Of a stretch of DNA of 64,000 nucleotides, positions 36,001 through 48,700 are shown piece after piece. This stretch comes from Phallusia mammillata. Lineage: Eukaryota. Positions within the stretch are counted from its first letter, which is position 1; every line of letters starts with the position of its first letter. The stretch lies in NCBI GenBank assembly GCA_965637545.1, contig OZ281498.1, positions 18,228,001-18,292,000 of the forward strand, written 5' to 3'. The position numbers were made by a program, and so were the translations under genes. The notes beneath the pieces are model-generated. The model saw only the letters and a program-made list of their open reading frames with translations, did no database searches and was not told the origin of the DNA.

Positions 36001-39000
36001 GCAGAGGCATTTGTATGACCACTGGGTGTCGACACACGTTCCGTTGTTTTTACAGGGATTGGATGCACAGTCAGGAACAACTTCAATATAGAAAATCGAA
36101 TGACATAAATGTTAAATCCTAATTATAAACATATTTGGACATATACTTGCCAAAACAGCTAATAAATATGACACAAACTCCTTATATAGTAAATCCTATA
36201 ATATGCTATGCTGCAGGCTTTTTTGAAGAAATAACCACTTACAAACTTCACAAAGTTGTCCGGTGTATCTTCTGGGACAATGGCAAACAAATCCACCTTG
36301 TGTATTTCTACACTGTGCATTATTCCAGCACGGACTGTCATCAAAGTACCTAGGATCTTTAAAAACAAATACCAAAATATGTAAAAACTAGTGTACACTT
36401 TGTAAGTGTCGACCTACCAAAATATGCTTTCCATCTAACTGTTGTACTGAATACAATATCATTGTTGCTGTTAGACTTGTTTGGCAAATTTACTTCAAAT
36501 CCCCACAAATATATCTGAGTAGTTTCAGCATCCACAAAATCGGAAAAGTTTTCACTTAACAAAACGTCGACCTTAGTAGCTTTCACTGCTTTGCAACTCT
36601 TGTATGCTATAGTGATATTGTTACGTGCAGATGAGTATCTGTAATCATTTTCCCCAGAGACAGTCCCTAAAAGCAAAATTCAAATGTAACAGATTCAGTT
36701 TTCAATAAAAGTTAAACAAAAGTGATGTACTCTAAATGTAAATAACTAATGTTTTACTATTTGTTTTACACTAAAAAATTAAAACATTAATATAATTTGT
36801 AAAAACCATTCTTAGGTCACACTATGAAAACGTAAGATGATTTTTCAGCCTATCTCTCACTGAGTGTGCAGTTTTCTCCACCGAACCCGTTTAAACACAA
36901 ACATTTGTAGCCATTTGGCAAATCAACACAAGTTCCATCATGTTGACATGGATTCACGAGGCATAATCCTGCAATTGATAAAAACAATGAAAAACACTAG
37001 AGCAACAATTATACCAACCACCAAATGTAGTTCACAGTTGCATTGCAATGTTGCAAAACTTGCACTTTGGACGCAATTACTCTACTTTAATAAACCCTAC
37101 GTGCTTCCTATTACTGGAAAGTTTGATATTAAAGCTAGTAATCGACTTACGTTTGTCGCACAAATTTCCCCCATAACCAGGCATACATTGGCAACGAGGA
37201 CCATCGATGCTATTGATGCATCTAGTAGCATTTACACATGGTTTTTCCAACTTATTGATTGAATCTGCAATCGCAAACATATTTTTTATCCAGGATACAT
37301 GTTGATTGCTATCACTTTAAACCGAGTTTTGAGCCCGGCAACGTAACTTTTTGTGAAGTTTTGCATCAAAAACTTCAAGTGTAAAAGAATTTTTGCTTCA
37401 GAATCTATTGCTTTGTACACCAATAACCTACTTACCAAAATACGCAGTCCAATGTAACCTCGCGTAACTTTGATCCCACCCAGCTTTTAAGTCATCAGTT
37501 CTATGGACAGCAACTCTAAAACCTCCTTCTAAAATTGCCAACACAGAGGCATTAAACGTGTCAGAATATTGCGATTCTCCTACAACGTGTGCAGAGATTT
37601 CCGTTGCTCTTCCACTTAAGCACCGACTGTACGTGACTTCTATGGTTTTATCGTATGGTGGAAAATATCTGTTGGACCCAACTTGATGACGGCCGCTTAT
37701 CTTTTTTACTGCAAACAACAGCAGGATGCAATGATCAAAAAAATCCTTTTTGATCACATGAGAATTAGGTTGTAACATAAAAATTATATTACAGTACGCT
37801 GGACCCATTAAAGGCACCATACCGAATCAGTCGGTCACCAACTATTCACTATATGGCAAGACGTAGGCTAGAAAAATCTAGCCTGAAAGTCACGACGTTC
37901 GTGCGGGACTCGCCCTCTACCAACTTATCTACGCAGGGTCAATGGAGAACCCGGTGAAAGTCGAACACTACCACTGTTGCCTGCCTCGTATGCTGTACAT
38001 GTCAGCTTCGTAGTAGGGGATCGCCAGATTATCCAGCATCAGTTAAGATGAACATAAATTCATAACTGGGATCAGCCCTGAAGCGTCTATGCAGACCAGC
38101 GATCACGTTACACTCATATGTTAATCACAGTACGTCAGGCCCTTTAAAATTATATGTATCTAATGTCCGTTGCCAGATGTGTTACATATAGTCATGTTAT
38201 TATTAGTTCACCTCAAAACATCTTTTAGTAGCAGTGGTGGGATACAATTTTTTTGTCAGCTGGTTCTATCACAAAAGTTATATTTTTCAGCCGGTTCTGT
38301 TACAAAAAGTCCGTCGACAGTAATGCTAACCGGTTCGCTGATCTCATAAAATGTCGTAAGACGGTTCTATAGAACCGGTTCGATCCGGCTTATTCCCACC
38401 AATGGTTAGTAGGATATGTGCATACAAAAAAGGAAACTCACCTATTTCGCAATTAGACCCTTCTGTGCCTTTTGGGCAAGTACAGTTGTAAGTGTTGGGA
38501 ATCTCGGTGCATTGGCCCGTGTTGCAAGGGTGGGGATAACAATGAACCAGAGCTGAAAGTACAAGAATGGTTTAACTTTAGACTAACAATTGTCAAAATG
38601 TCTCTCAACGCACGAAGGTGACCCACCTATATTACATAATTCCCCAGAGTAGCCAGGATTGCAGATACACACTCTTCCAAAATTTACTTTGTTCTCACAC
38701 CGGCCTTGCACACATGGCGAGTCCTCAAACTCTCGAGTACCTAAGTACAAATTTGTTTTTGCATGAAAAAAATGATAACCAAAATGCATACTGTTGTTGA
38801 ACATACCGAAAGCCGCTGTATAAGCAAATTCCGCATGAGTTTGTCCCCAGAGTCCATAGTGGCGTCCCGTCCTCACGACAAGTGCTTTAAATCCCCAAAG
38901 ATGAACCTCAAGAATCGTGATGGTAAACCTATTTGTGTATAAAATAATATCTGCAATGCTGGCATTGACGGATTTAGGAACCTCTTTAAGACAACGATCG

Positions 39001-41974
39001 TAGACAACGTCGACGGTGATTTCATATGGAGGGCCTTTAAGTCCACGAACGTGAAAGCTAGATTGAAATGCTGGCCCTGAATTTAATTCAAAAAAAGTAA
39101 TCAAATCAACTGCCATGTGGACAAAAGTCTTGTGGATAAATGCTTAGCTCTATTGTCAAGTCATAAGAGATTCCGTACCACTTTGACATGTTTCTCCGCT
39201 GTAGGGCTCTGGACAATCGCACGTAAAGCCTGATTCACTTGGAATACATGTTCCACCGTTAAAGCAAGGAAACAGGGTGCAAAGTGACAAGCCTACAATT
39301 GAAAGCAAATTTATGTTTTCTGGGATAATTTGTAATCCATTACGCAGATGAAAAGGTCAATGAGACACAATATTCAGATTCTACTTTTGACAATGCAACA
39401 ACAGTATATAGAACAAAATTTTGAGTAAACAACAGCAAATTTTTGAAGAATCTTTTTTTTAATATTTAACACTAATATATGGTAAATCTCGGCTTACGTG
39501 TCTCACAAAACTGCCCAGTGGTCAAGTCCGGACACAAGCATCTTGTTCCGTTTTCAATGTTTTGGCAAGTTCCTCCATTTTGACAGGGATTATTTGTGTG
39601 GTTTAGCGTATCTGGGTATAGGTAAACATGTTAGATGTCTAAACTCACAGGGCAGGAAACAACGAACAGCACATAACGCGTGAGAGATCTTAAGTTCTTA
39701 ATCCGCTTGAGCAAAATTGCCATCAAGTTTAACATCACGCAATGAATGTGTTTTTTGAAGAAATTTGCTTCACAGCAATAGGTTTAAACATGCCAAATTA
39801 CGCAAGATCCCCATAATGCAACGAAAGCAATTCCCGAAAATTCTGAACAAAAACATTAATAACAATATTAAATGAATTGTCCAGAGTTACCGAAAAGCGC
39901 CTTCCAATCAATCTGAAAATATTCTAACTCAGGATTTTCTCTTCTGTTGTTTCTCCAGGCTTTTACGAGAAATCCCCAAAGATATATTTCCGCTACTTCA
40001 GCACCAACAACCTCCGATAAATGATAGCTGATTGCTGGTATTTTTATTTTTGTTGGTTTCTTCGCCATACACGAAGGGTAAAGAAAAATAGCAGTCGTGG
40101 AGTTGATAGATGAATTGTACATCCCGACATCAATGTAACCTCTCACATAACCTGATGGAAAAAACAAGAACTAACAAGTGTGGTACAACAGACAATATGT
40201 AAAAGGAAAATACGTTATAAACCAAATGTTGTTTTTTATATATTCTCAGCTATATTTTATCTCTCAGCTTATATCTGACTATAGCGCTCTGCTATACTCA
40301 GATATAAACCAAGTTCAGGTCATCTTTTCAGCACATACCCGGTTGACATTTATTAGTATTCAAAACATACATCTGCAATTATTCACAAAATGAGTCCCTA
40401 TTTTACACCTGCTGACAATTACTTAACCAATATTAAATTTACTTGGTTATAACTTATTATAAGTTAAGTGGTAGTTATTTGTTAATTCCATGTTGAGTTA
40501 AGTACCACCGAAAGTCTTTATTGACTTCTTATAACATATCAAGCAGCCCGACAAATGTGAAAAGGCCCTGCAACGTTACGTACTTTTGTCGCAAGTTTTT
40601 CCCCATGTTCCCCATACACAAGAACAATTATAGCCTTTGGAATGTTCATTGCATTTTCCATCGTTACATGGATGCGGGTAGCAGTATATCAAACCTAAAA
40701 AAAATATTTATTTGATGAAAATGCGGTTGCTTTCTCCTAAAGTATGTGTGTAATGTTTTGTTACAGATTGGTAAAAGTCTCACGTCGTTCGCAAAACTGT
40801 CCATCATATCCTGTTGAACAACTGCAAGTAATTCCACTTTTTCGGTTTGTGCAATTTCCATGACTGTTACAAGGATTTGTTTTGAATTGTGGCGAGGCTA
40901 CACAACAAGAAACAAGAAAAGGTGATCAAAACGTTTCTCTGAAATACGATTCCAAGATGTTTATATAAAAGTTTTTTAACAAACAAATACAATTTTAAAT
41001 TTGGTCTTGATTATACTCACATTTTCATAAACAGTTTGTGCAACTAACTACTTAACCAAAATATATATAAACTCCACAGTTTGTTAAACTACGGAACGTT
41101 TCATTGTTATAATTTTCTTCACGTACCAAATATTGCTCGCCACGACATAACAACTCCTCTTTGGCCCCAGTCGTGCGTTGGAGGGTAGTCTGTTCTGTAG
41201 ACATGAGCTTTAAACCCCCATTTATAAATGTTAGGGATTGTGGCGTTAAACGTATCAGGCCATCGCTCTTCTCCACGAACTTCAGTTTCAATACGGTTTG
41301 CAAATCCAGTAAAACATTGTTCGTATACAACATCGATTATTTTCCTTTTAGAATTGATGTTGGATCCGACCAGCGCTTCACCACATGCCCAAGTTTCTCC
41401 TACACAGTTTTTGTGTCAACGTAAATCAAGTTTCTAAACACCCGAGATATAAGGCTGTATTTATCGCAACCGGTTAAAGAGTCAATTTAATTTGGTGGCG
41501 TAGTAAATGCCAGCTACTTCTGCTTTGAATTATTTGATAATGACCTTTAAAAAAACGGATCTGGGTGTCTTTGTTCTCAATGCAGAGGTATCAGTTTACG
41601 ACAAAATACCAATCATTAACGACAACAAAGCATTGCATTAAATTAAAGGACCATTTATGATAAATCTTATAAGACAAATCTGAGTTGTAAGTAATTTTTT
41701 TGTTTTATTTTAATCAAATAGTTTGCAGAAAATTTGGTTGTCTGACACTTCTGATTGTTTAATTCGCAAATTTTGCCAAACTAAATGTCTCATTTGCTAA
41801 CCGCATGGCCCACAAGTGCTTACAATCCAGCTGCAATAATATCCAACACAAAAAAAACAAGAAGAAAACTTTTAACAAAAGTTAAGCAACCCCACGATAT
41901 TTTGACTTACCAATCTCACATTTAGATAAGTCAACCAGAGCCAAAGTACCCACTAACAACACAACTTTCAACAT
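30031..41974 (-). CDS. Gene D: secreted protein, signal peptide + 9x[D + EGF + EGF] + short tail (~1509 aa predicted)
   Basis: Exons: SP 41911-41974 ([22 protein letters not shown]); D 41127-41399; EGF 40784-40897, 40584-40694; D 39891-40151; EGF 39498-39611, 39179-39292; D 38807-39076; EGF 38627-38740, 38442-38552; D 37436-37708; EGF 37151-37264, 36861-36968; D 36418-36666; EGF 36243-36356, 35967-36080; D 35396-35671; EGF 35147-35263, 34539-34649; D 33812-34072; EGF 33466-33579, 33280-33393; D 32544-32807; EGF 32204-32320, 32027-32140; D 31534-31788; EGF 30669-30782, 30237-30350; terminal 30031-30071 ([13 protein letters not shown]). Sum 4530 nt, in frame. Confidence 0.88.
30819..31383. repeat. 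Foldback element: 156-bp perfect inverted arms around a 253-bp spacer
   Basis: 30819-30974 is the reverse complement of 31228-31383; lies in an intron of gene D; no clear TSD. Confidence 0.85.
34825..34885 (+). ncRNA. Minimal type I hammerhead motif with palindromic stem III (family 1), inside a ~200-bp repeat (~34748-34950)
   Basis: GUGUUAUUUACC-CUGAUGA-A-GGC-GA-CCU-GCAU-AGG-AG-GUC-GAA-AC-GUC-GGUAUAAAAAUAC. Core intact apart from one extra nt after A9; stem III is only the palindrome ACGU. Confidence 0.55.
38232..38404. mobile_element. hAT-type MITE
   Basis: TIR CAGTGGTGGGAT...TTCCCACCAATG; TSD TTTAGTAG / GTTAGTAG (7/8 match). Confidence 0.75.
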
Positions 41975-42951
41975 GTCGGCTTTCTGCTTTGAACGCAACT
42001 AATGCAATCTGCTGCAGCAGATGTAGGTCTAGTTCAGCTTTTCTCTTCGATTCTTAACTTTGACCCTACTTTAACGAACCAGACAACATATCACCTCTAA
42101 ATAGCATAGCATATTGTATAACATTTTAATAGCTTCACATAACGATATGTATTGTTGTTAAAAATTAAACATTTTAGGGCGTTGCTACTTTACAACACAA
42201 AGATTTGTTTGTGTGCTTTAATAACTTTCACAAATGTTGCCCAGTTGATGTTATAAGTACAATAGTTACCAATTATCACTAGTCTACATAACTGCATTGG
42301 GCGTGAAACTGGTACATGTAATTGCAATTGCACGTTCATTGTGGTGAAATGTTCTATACAATATTGTGTACACTTTCCACGTTAAGTTGTTTCGTGAATT
42401 TGAATCAGCTTGGTTTGAGGAGCTGGAAAAGTAACAGTTTTTACCACAAGCCCCGCATAAACATTTGTCGTAGGTTCGAAATTAGCCGCAGGCTAAATTT
42501 GTAAATGCCTGGATCTGTTTCGGTTGTATACCATGAACAATGGTTGGCCACAGTACTTTGGACAGATGGCAAAAAATTACCTGTCATCAATAATGGTAAA
42601 ATTACTTTATACTTCTGAGAGAATAAAACTAATAAAAATGCGACAATGCTCTGTATAGTTGCTAATACTAAATAGTTGCTAATACTAAAATAATAGTTCA
42701 TTATTGTTTTTTACGACTGCGTAAATTTACAAGACTAGTGGAGGTGGGCAATCATAATTTTACTACCCCGGATGATGGAGATTAAACCAAACTTTCCTAC
42801 ATAAACAGTCACTTTCTATCACAGTGATTGATAGACATTAGCAGGGTGCCGCCAAAAGAGAAAGGCTAACGTGCCTTTCTTGGCGGTTTACCGCAATAAT
42901 TATATGATCACAGTTGTCGTGATATATTTGCAGGGAAGCAGAACGTTGAAA
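41975..42951. promoter_or_regulatory. Candidate bidirectional promoter region between head-to-head genes D and E
   Basis: 977 bp between the two divergent ATGs; block ~42290-42600 is strongly conserved in the duplicate at ~54350-54640. Confidence 0.5.
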
Positions 42952-45722
42952 ATGGTAAAGTTTGTAAAATTTGTATTGCTGCTGCTGTTTGCACTGGTCG
43001 GAATTCAAGGTAAGTAGATTCTTCGAGTTATACTTGTATTTATACACAGTAACCTTTTTAGACACTGATGCAGAGTAACATTTTCGTCGTCAAACTATAT
43101 GAACATTCCATAAGAGTTTCCGTATACAAAAAAACTGTTTCAATACCAAACAACCAGAAACAGGACTTTCTGAAGAATACGACTAAATTGTTTTAGGTAG
43201 AACTTGGTACACAGGGCATGATGGCGTCGGAGCCAACAAATACGGACAGCCAAAAATAATAAATGTGGTGTACCTCCGTTGTTTTTCTGGAATAGCAAAA
43301 CGATTCGAAATAACAGTTCATGGCGAAGAAAGATACTCAGATACATTTGCAGCCACTGTCCTTAACATTTACGAATGGGGGTTTCGAGTACGCGTGGACA
43401 GAACCAACCATCCGACGAATGATTGGGGTCAGCACGGAGTTTTTCTGTCGTGGAAGGCATTTTTTGGTACGTTAGCATGCGTTTGTTAAGCATTCTGCTT
43501 TTGGCCAAAGTAAAAGTGTTTTATTAGTATTTTCCGGCCGAGTGTTGTGACAGACCATCGCAAATCTGTTTTCCAATGTGTCAACAAATAACGCTGCTAA
43601 AATCTGTTTGTAGTCTTATAACCTTGACTTAACTTTGTGTCAACAGAAACCACAAGGTTTTGGGACAATCCCTGTTTGCATGAAGGCAGGTGTATCAACG
43701 AGGCCAACGGTAGGGTCTGCAAATGCACCGAACAATACGGCGGCAACCTTTGTGAAAAGCGTAAGTGGGCACAAATATTTTTAACCGGTCATTGAGGAAG
43801 CAATGCCACCAATTATTTCCTATGAAATGCAACATGTGCAAATATTTTAGGGAACGTAATATGTTGGAAACGTACACTAAAAATAAGTCGTTTCACGCCT
43901 TTCGAAAAGTGAAAAGTTCAAATTGATTTGACACAAGGCCCGAGCGCATCACGTTTTTCTTTCCGAATTTCTGTTCTGGCCACGAAAGAACCGGTTTAGT
44001 ACCGCATAACACGAAATGAAATCAGAAATCAACGCACGTTTTGACATATTGCATCTGCGACTAAGTAGCATTTGTTCATGAGTTTTACCCTGTACTATAT
44101 AAGGTGTACAATGAAATATAAATGGTGTAAGAGTCGGACCAGGGAACAAAAATGTAATCCCCATTCAACTAACCATGTATAACATACAGCTCACATTCAA
44201 GTCAGATGGAGTTGGCACGATGCAAACATGATACATCTAAATTTAATTCACAAAATGTTCGGCTGAATTACTGAATTTAGTTCTTACAGGCAACGCTGAT
44301 CTCTTTTAGTGCCTTAAAGGCCTGGGGGGTTTACGCTGCAAATCAAAGACTTATTTTTCAAGCAAATGGTTACAGCGTCTGACATAAGCCTATTTCGTAA
44401 CCTTTATCCTCAGCGACAAGCGTTTTATTTTGAACTGAGTGTTGCGACATAACTAGGTCAATTGGGTTTATGGTTCGACATTGTTTCAACTTTAAATATC
44501 ATTCTACTTAATATATATACCTAAAAATCCACAATTTAGAAGGTTCATGTATCTGTCTGCGTATCATGTTCGAACTTTATTTAAGCTTAAATGTGCGTTT
44601 AACTGTTTGGTAAGATATTGTAATCGATTTTTTTTCTCAACAAAATATCCCTATCTTTTTTAGTCTTGGTATACTGTTACCCAAACCCGTGCAGTGGGGG
44701 AGGAAATTGCACTGAATTACATGACGGTTACAAATGTTCGTGTACAACAGGAAGAACGGGAATAAACTGCACAAAGGGTAATGTATACGATTTGTTTGCG
44801 GTTTACGACAACTGCACGATAGTACTACGACATTAGATTTTATAATAACGAAGAACTTGTAGTTTTTTTTTTTTTTGTTCGAATATTTTGTGCAAAATAA
44901 ACTTATTTCGCGCATATTTTAAATCCATCTCTTCTGTTCAGGTAGCGAACAAAACGCAACAAATCTTGTTTTTGATAACCCTTCAACAAATAGCATGACG
45001 TCCACGATACTTTACTCATCGTGTAAGGCTGAGGATGCCATAGAAGTTAACCTTTCTGTTCGCAACAACATGTCGGCTACGGTTGGGGCTAAAGTCATTG
45101 AAATTTTCCGCTGGGGTTTTCAAGTCAAAGTTTGGAGGCAAAACGAAGGAGCAAACCCTGCCTACGAACCTATTGAACTAAGCTGGAATGCTGTGTTTGG
45201 TGAGGAGCTGTCTTATTCAATTATTACGTGTTGTGATAAGGATGGGTTTCGTATCGCTTTTTTTGGACGGACAAAAAGGGAAAAAATCCTCTTTAAAATA
45301 AAAAAGAATCAATACAGTATCGATAAACTTTAAACCAGAGTCTCCCAGCTGATTGTTTGGATGGAGACTATAATGAACCTTTATACTTATTGATTCATAT
45401 TTATTAAATCATTAAGTCATTCATCCTACCTTCATCAAGGAAAATTTGAATCAAGAAAGAATCAAAATAAAAAAAACGGTGTCAGGTCCAAAACGAAGAC
45501 CGCCTGCTCTTTACAACTGTTGCGGTACAAAAAAATGCGCATGTCAAACACATTTACTACTTGTCACAGATTCAGCTGATCCTACGACAAATCCTTGCCA
45601 GAACGACGGGAGCTGCAGAAACGTTGAACAAGGAACAGAATGTGATTGCCCACGTCTGGCAACCGGAACACGATGTGAAACTCGTAAGTTTCGATTCTAA
45701 TCACGATAGTTTGGGGGTAATC

Positions 45723-45765
<43 letters not shown>

Positions 45766-48700
45766 CTTTATCGGATTTTCTCACAATGCGTCAAATGTTA
45801 AGGTTCGTAGTTGGATAAGTCCTTTGTGTTTAAACACGGCTTATTTTTAGGTTTGACGCACTGCGTATCTTCCCCGTGCATGAACGGGGGTACCTGCATT
45901 CCAACACCTTCATACTACAGATGTGAATGTCCAATAACTTTCAGTGGTAACAGGTGTGACACTGGTGAGTATTAACTTGAAATTCAACTTCAAGATCGGA
46001 AAAAACACAAGTTTTTTGACTGGATAAATAAATCTAATAGGCTTAGGTTGGCTGTTGTAGACAGTGTATACAAGTATGATGTACAATTTTGTACGTTGAA
46101 AAAATGTCGTTATTAGCCACAGGTATTAGGTAAAATCGACGATGACAAAAGTGGAAAAATGTTTGCTTGTTAGTCAACACTTTTATCTGGGTCAAATTTG
46201 TAGTTGTGTCACGTTTTGCAGAACCTGCTATCAGTTCGGTTGTGCCTTTGTCAAGATTTCATGCCAGCGGTCCACCATACGGGCCAATCATCGAAGTCAC
46301 TTATGACCGTTGTTACAGTGAAATCGCCAGAGTTATCAATGCAAGCGTTACTGGGTCGAGCTACCATGCAGATACATTCAACCACACCATCTTGGGAATT
46401 TATCCGTGGGGATTTCGTGCATTGGTGCTCAGAACCGATTTTCCATACTCTGGCTGGAGACAATCTACAGTTAAGCTTCGATACAGGGCAGTTTTCGGTA
46501 AATATCTTACTAAATTTTTGGGCTGGATGTTGAAAGGCTACAATATTTAGTTTTACTTTGTATTTTAAAGATATTGAAGACTCTTGTTACTTAGGTGAAA
46601 TACGCAGTATACCTCCGTTAATCCGGACCCGTTTGGACCCTAAAATTTGTCTTTAATGGGCAAAGATCCGGATTAAACGATGTTGATAAATTTAAGTTTA
46701 CCACATTACAAATCATTCGTACTTATTTGTTTCTGCAGAAACACGTAGATTTTTGGAATCACCGTGCTTAAATGCGCGAAGCTGCACAAACAATGCTGAC
46801 GTTGGACAAAGGTGCAACTGCAATGAAGGCTTCTCTGGAGGATTTTGTGAAACATGTTTGTAAAATCGAGTTTTGTTATACTCGCAATTGCCCAAAATCT
46901 CTTGCGATTTCTGGTACTTAATTTCAACAGTCTTCACGGTTTTTTAATACAATCGCTGGCAACAACTAGCCGTAACCCTTATGATCAGATTAGCGTTTTC
47001 AGTAAAGGTCAAATATATGTAGCTAATTTGTTGTTTGATTCAGCATTGTCTTCCTGTATTCCAAATCCCTGCAACACCGGAACTTGCACAGAACTCGAAG
47101 ACGACTACAATTGCACTTGCCCGGAAGAAAAAGGAGGACCAAATTGCGAGATAAGTAAGAATCACAAGTTGCTGCATTATTTTAATGGCAAATTAAACTT
47201 ATTCTTTAAATAACCACATTAACCAAACAAAAAATATAATGGATGAAAATCGCTTTGATAAATCAGCGTTTGTTTGTTGACAGCAACGCAAGAGTCAGGA
47301 AGATATTTGGTTGATTGGAAGCCAGATATTGCGCCCTACACAAAAACTGTAAAAGTAACTTACAAAGAATGTCATAGCGGAATTGCCCACAAGATCAATG
47401 CAACTGTGACTGGCGATCGCAGGTGGAGAGACACGTTCAACGCCACAATATTAGAGATAGTGTCCGGAGGATTCACGACATTGGTTCGGCGAATAGACCA
47501 ATCAGGCATCGGATGGCGCCAACACGGCGTATACCTTCGCTGGACAGCATACTTTGGTAATGTTTTGGCTTACCTAAACAATGTGACCACATTACTATTT
47601 ACACTAAAGAATGCTGTGAACGTTGTTAAAATGCTCGATTGCAAAAACAGTGCAATTTTACATTTAATATTATGTGTTGCAAGTACAGTTTATGGTAAAA
47701 TCATGCCTTTATTGCAAGTAATTTTGGTTTCCAGATGTTGAGCAATCGCGAGGCGTACCGTGTTTAAACGGTGCCGAATGCATCAACAGCTTTGAAAGTC
47801 AAGTATGTGATTGTCCCGACAGGTTTGGAGGAGATTCTTGTGAAACACGTAAGTCAAGAAAAGGAAACTTCGGTTTTCATGTCTCTACAGCAGAATGCCA
47901 TAAGCAAATTTTCTTCTACTACCAACAGAAAATGCTTTCCTTGAGTAGATTAACAGCACAGTCAGAACCTTACGATGTGTTGTACTAAGTCATTTGTTTC
48001 TTACATTTACACCATTTTTGTAAAGTCATCAAGCTAATAAGTGACAAGCAGCAGAGAGTTGACACTGTTTTGACTTATAAGATCTCATCAGGTCGAGAGA
48101 GTGTACACTGTCTGCAGCTTATCATTTATGGGCTTGATGCTTTTACATTGATACTGTGACACTGAGCCGGCATCACTTTGGTTCCCAAGCAGTTGCTTTG
48201 CCATTGTAAATAAGTTGGGGAGGCATGACTTTTTAGCCTTTAACTTTTAACAAACTAGAGTGCCGTTGGATGGCAACACTAGCCAATACAGCCTATATCT
48301 GGTCACCAGCTGCATTGATGGGACCATATAGGTCAAAACACTGTGCATTATATGCAACTTAAACTATTTTTTCTTGGCAGGATTTGTTCACTGCATTTCT
48401 AATCCATGTAACAGCGGTACGTGTATCGAGTTACCGACAGGTTATGAGTGTTCTTGTCCTCGGGGTTGGAGCGGACCGGATTGCTCTTTAAGTAGGTTGA
48501 ATTTTTGGTTCAAACATACATGCTTTTCCACAAAGTGAATTACCTATAGACTTATATCTGTGTGCTAGGCACATTAAAGCATTTCAGCAAGTGTTTTGGA
48601 AGGATTCGTTAAGAACTAGGATTTTCAACTTTAAAGTGTTGGAAAAAGTTTGGTTGCTTTAACACAACACCATTTTTATTACAAGAAACAGTATCATCAG

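Noticed and set aside
37820-38112. LTR with a PBS-like TTGGTGACCGACTGATTCGG on the minus strand
   Set aside because: The PBS match needs two gaps, there is no CA terminus next to it and no TSD; too weak to call.
42441-42701. Minus-strand 86-aa ORF in the D-E intergenic region
   Set aside because: The duplicate at ~54500-54650 has an in-frame stop, and no frame is conserved in both copies.
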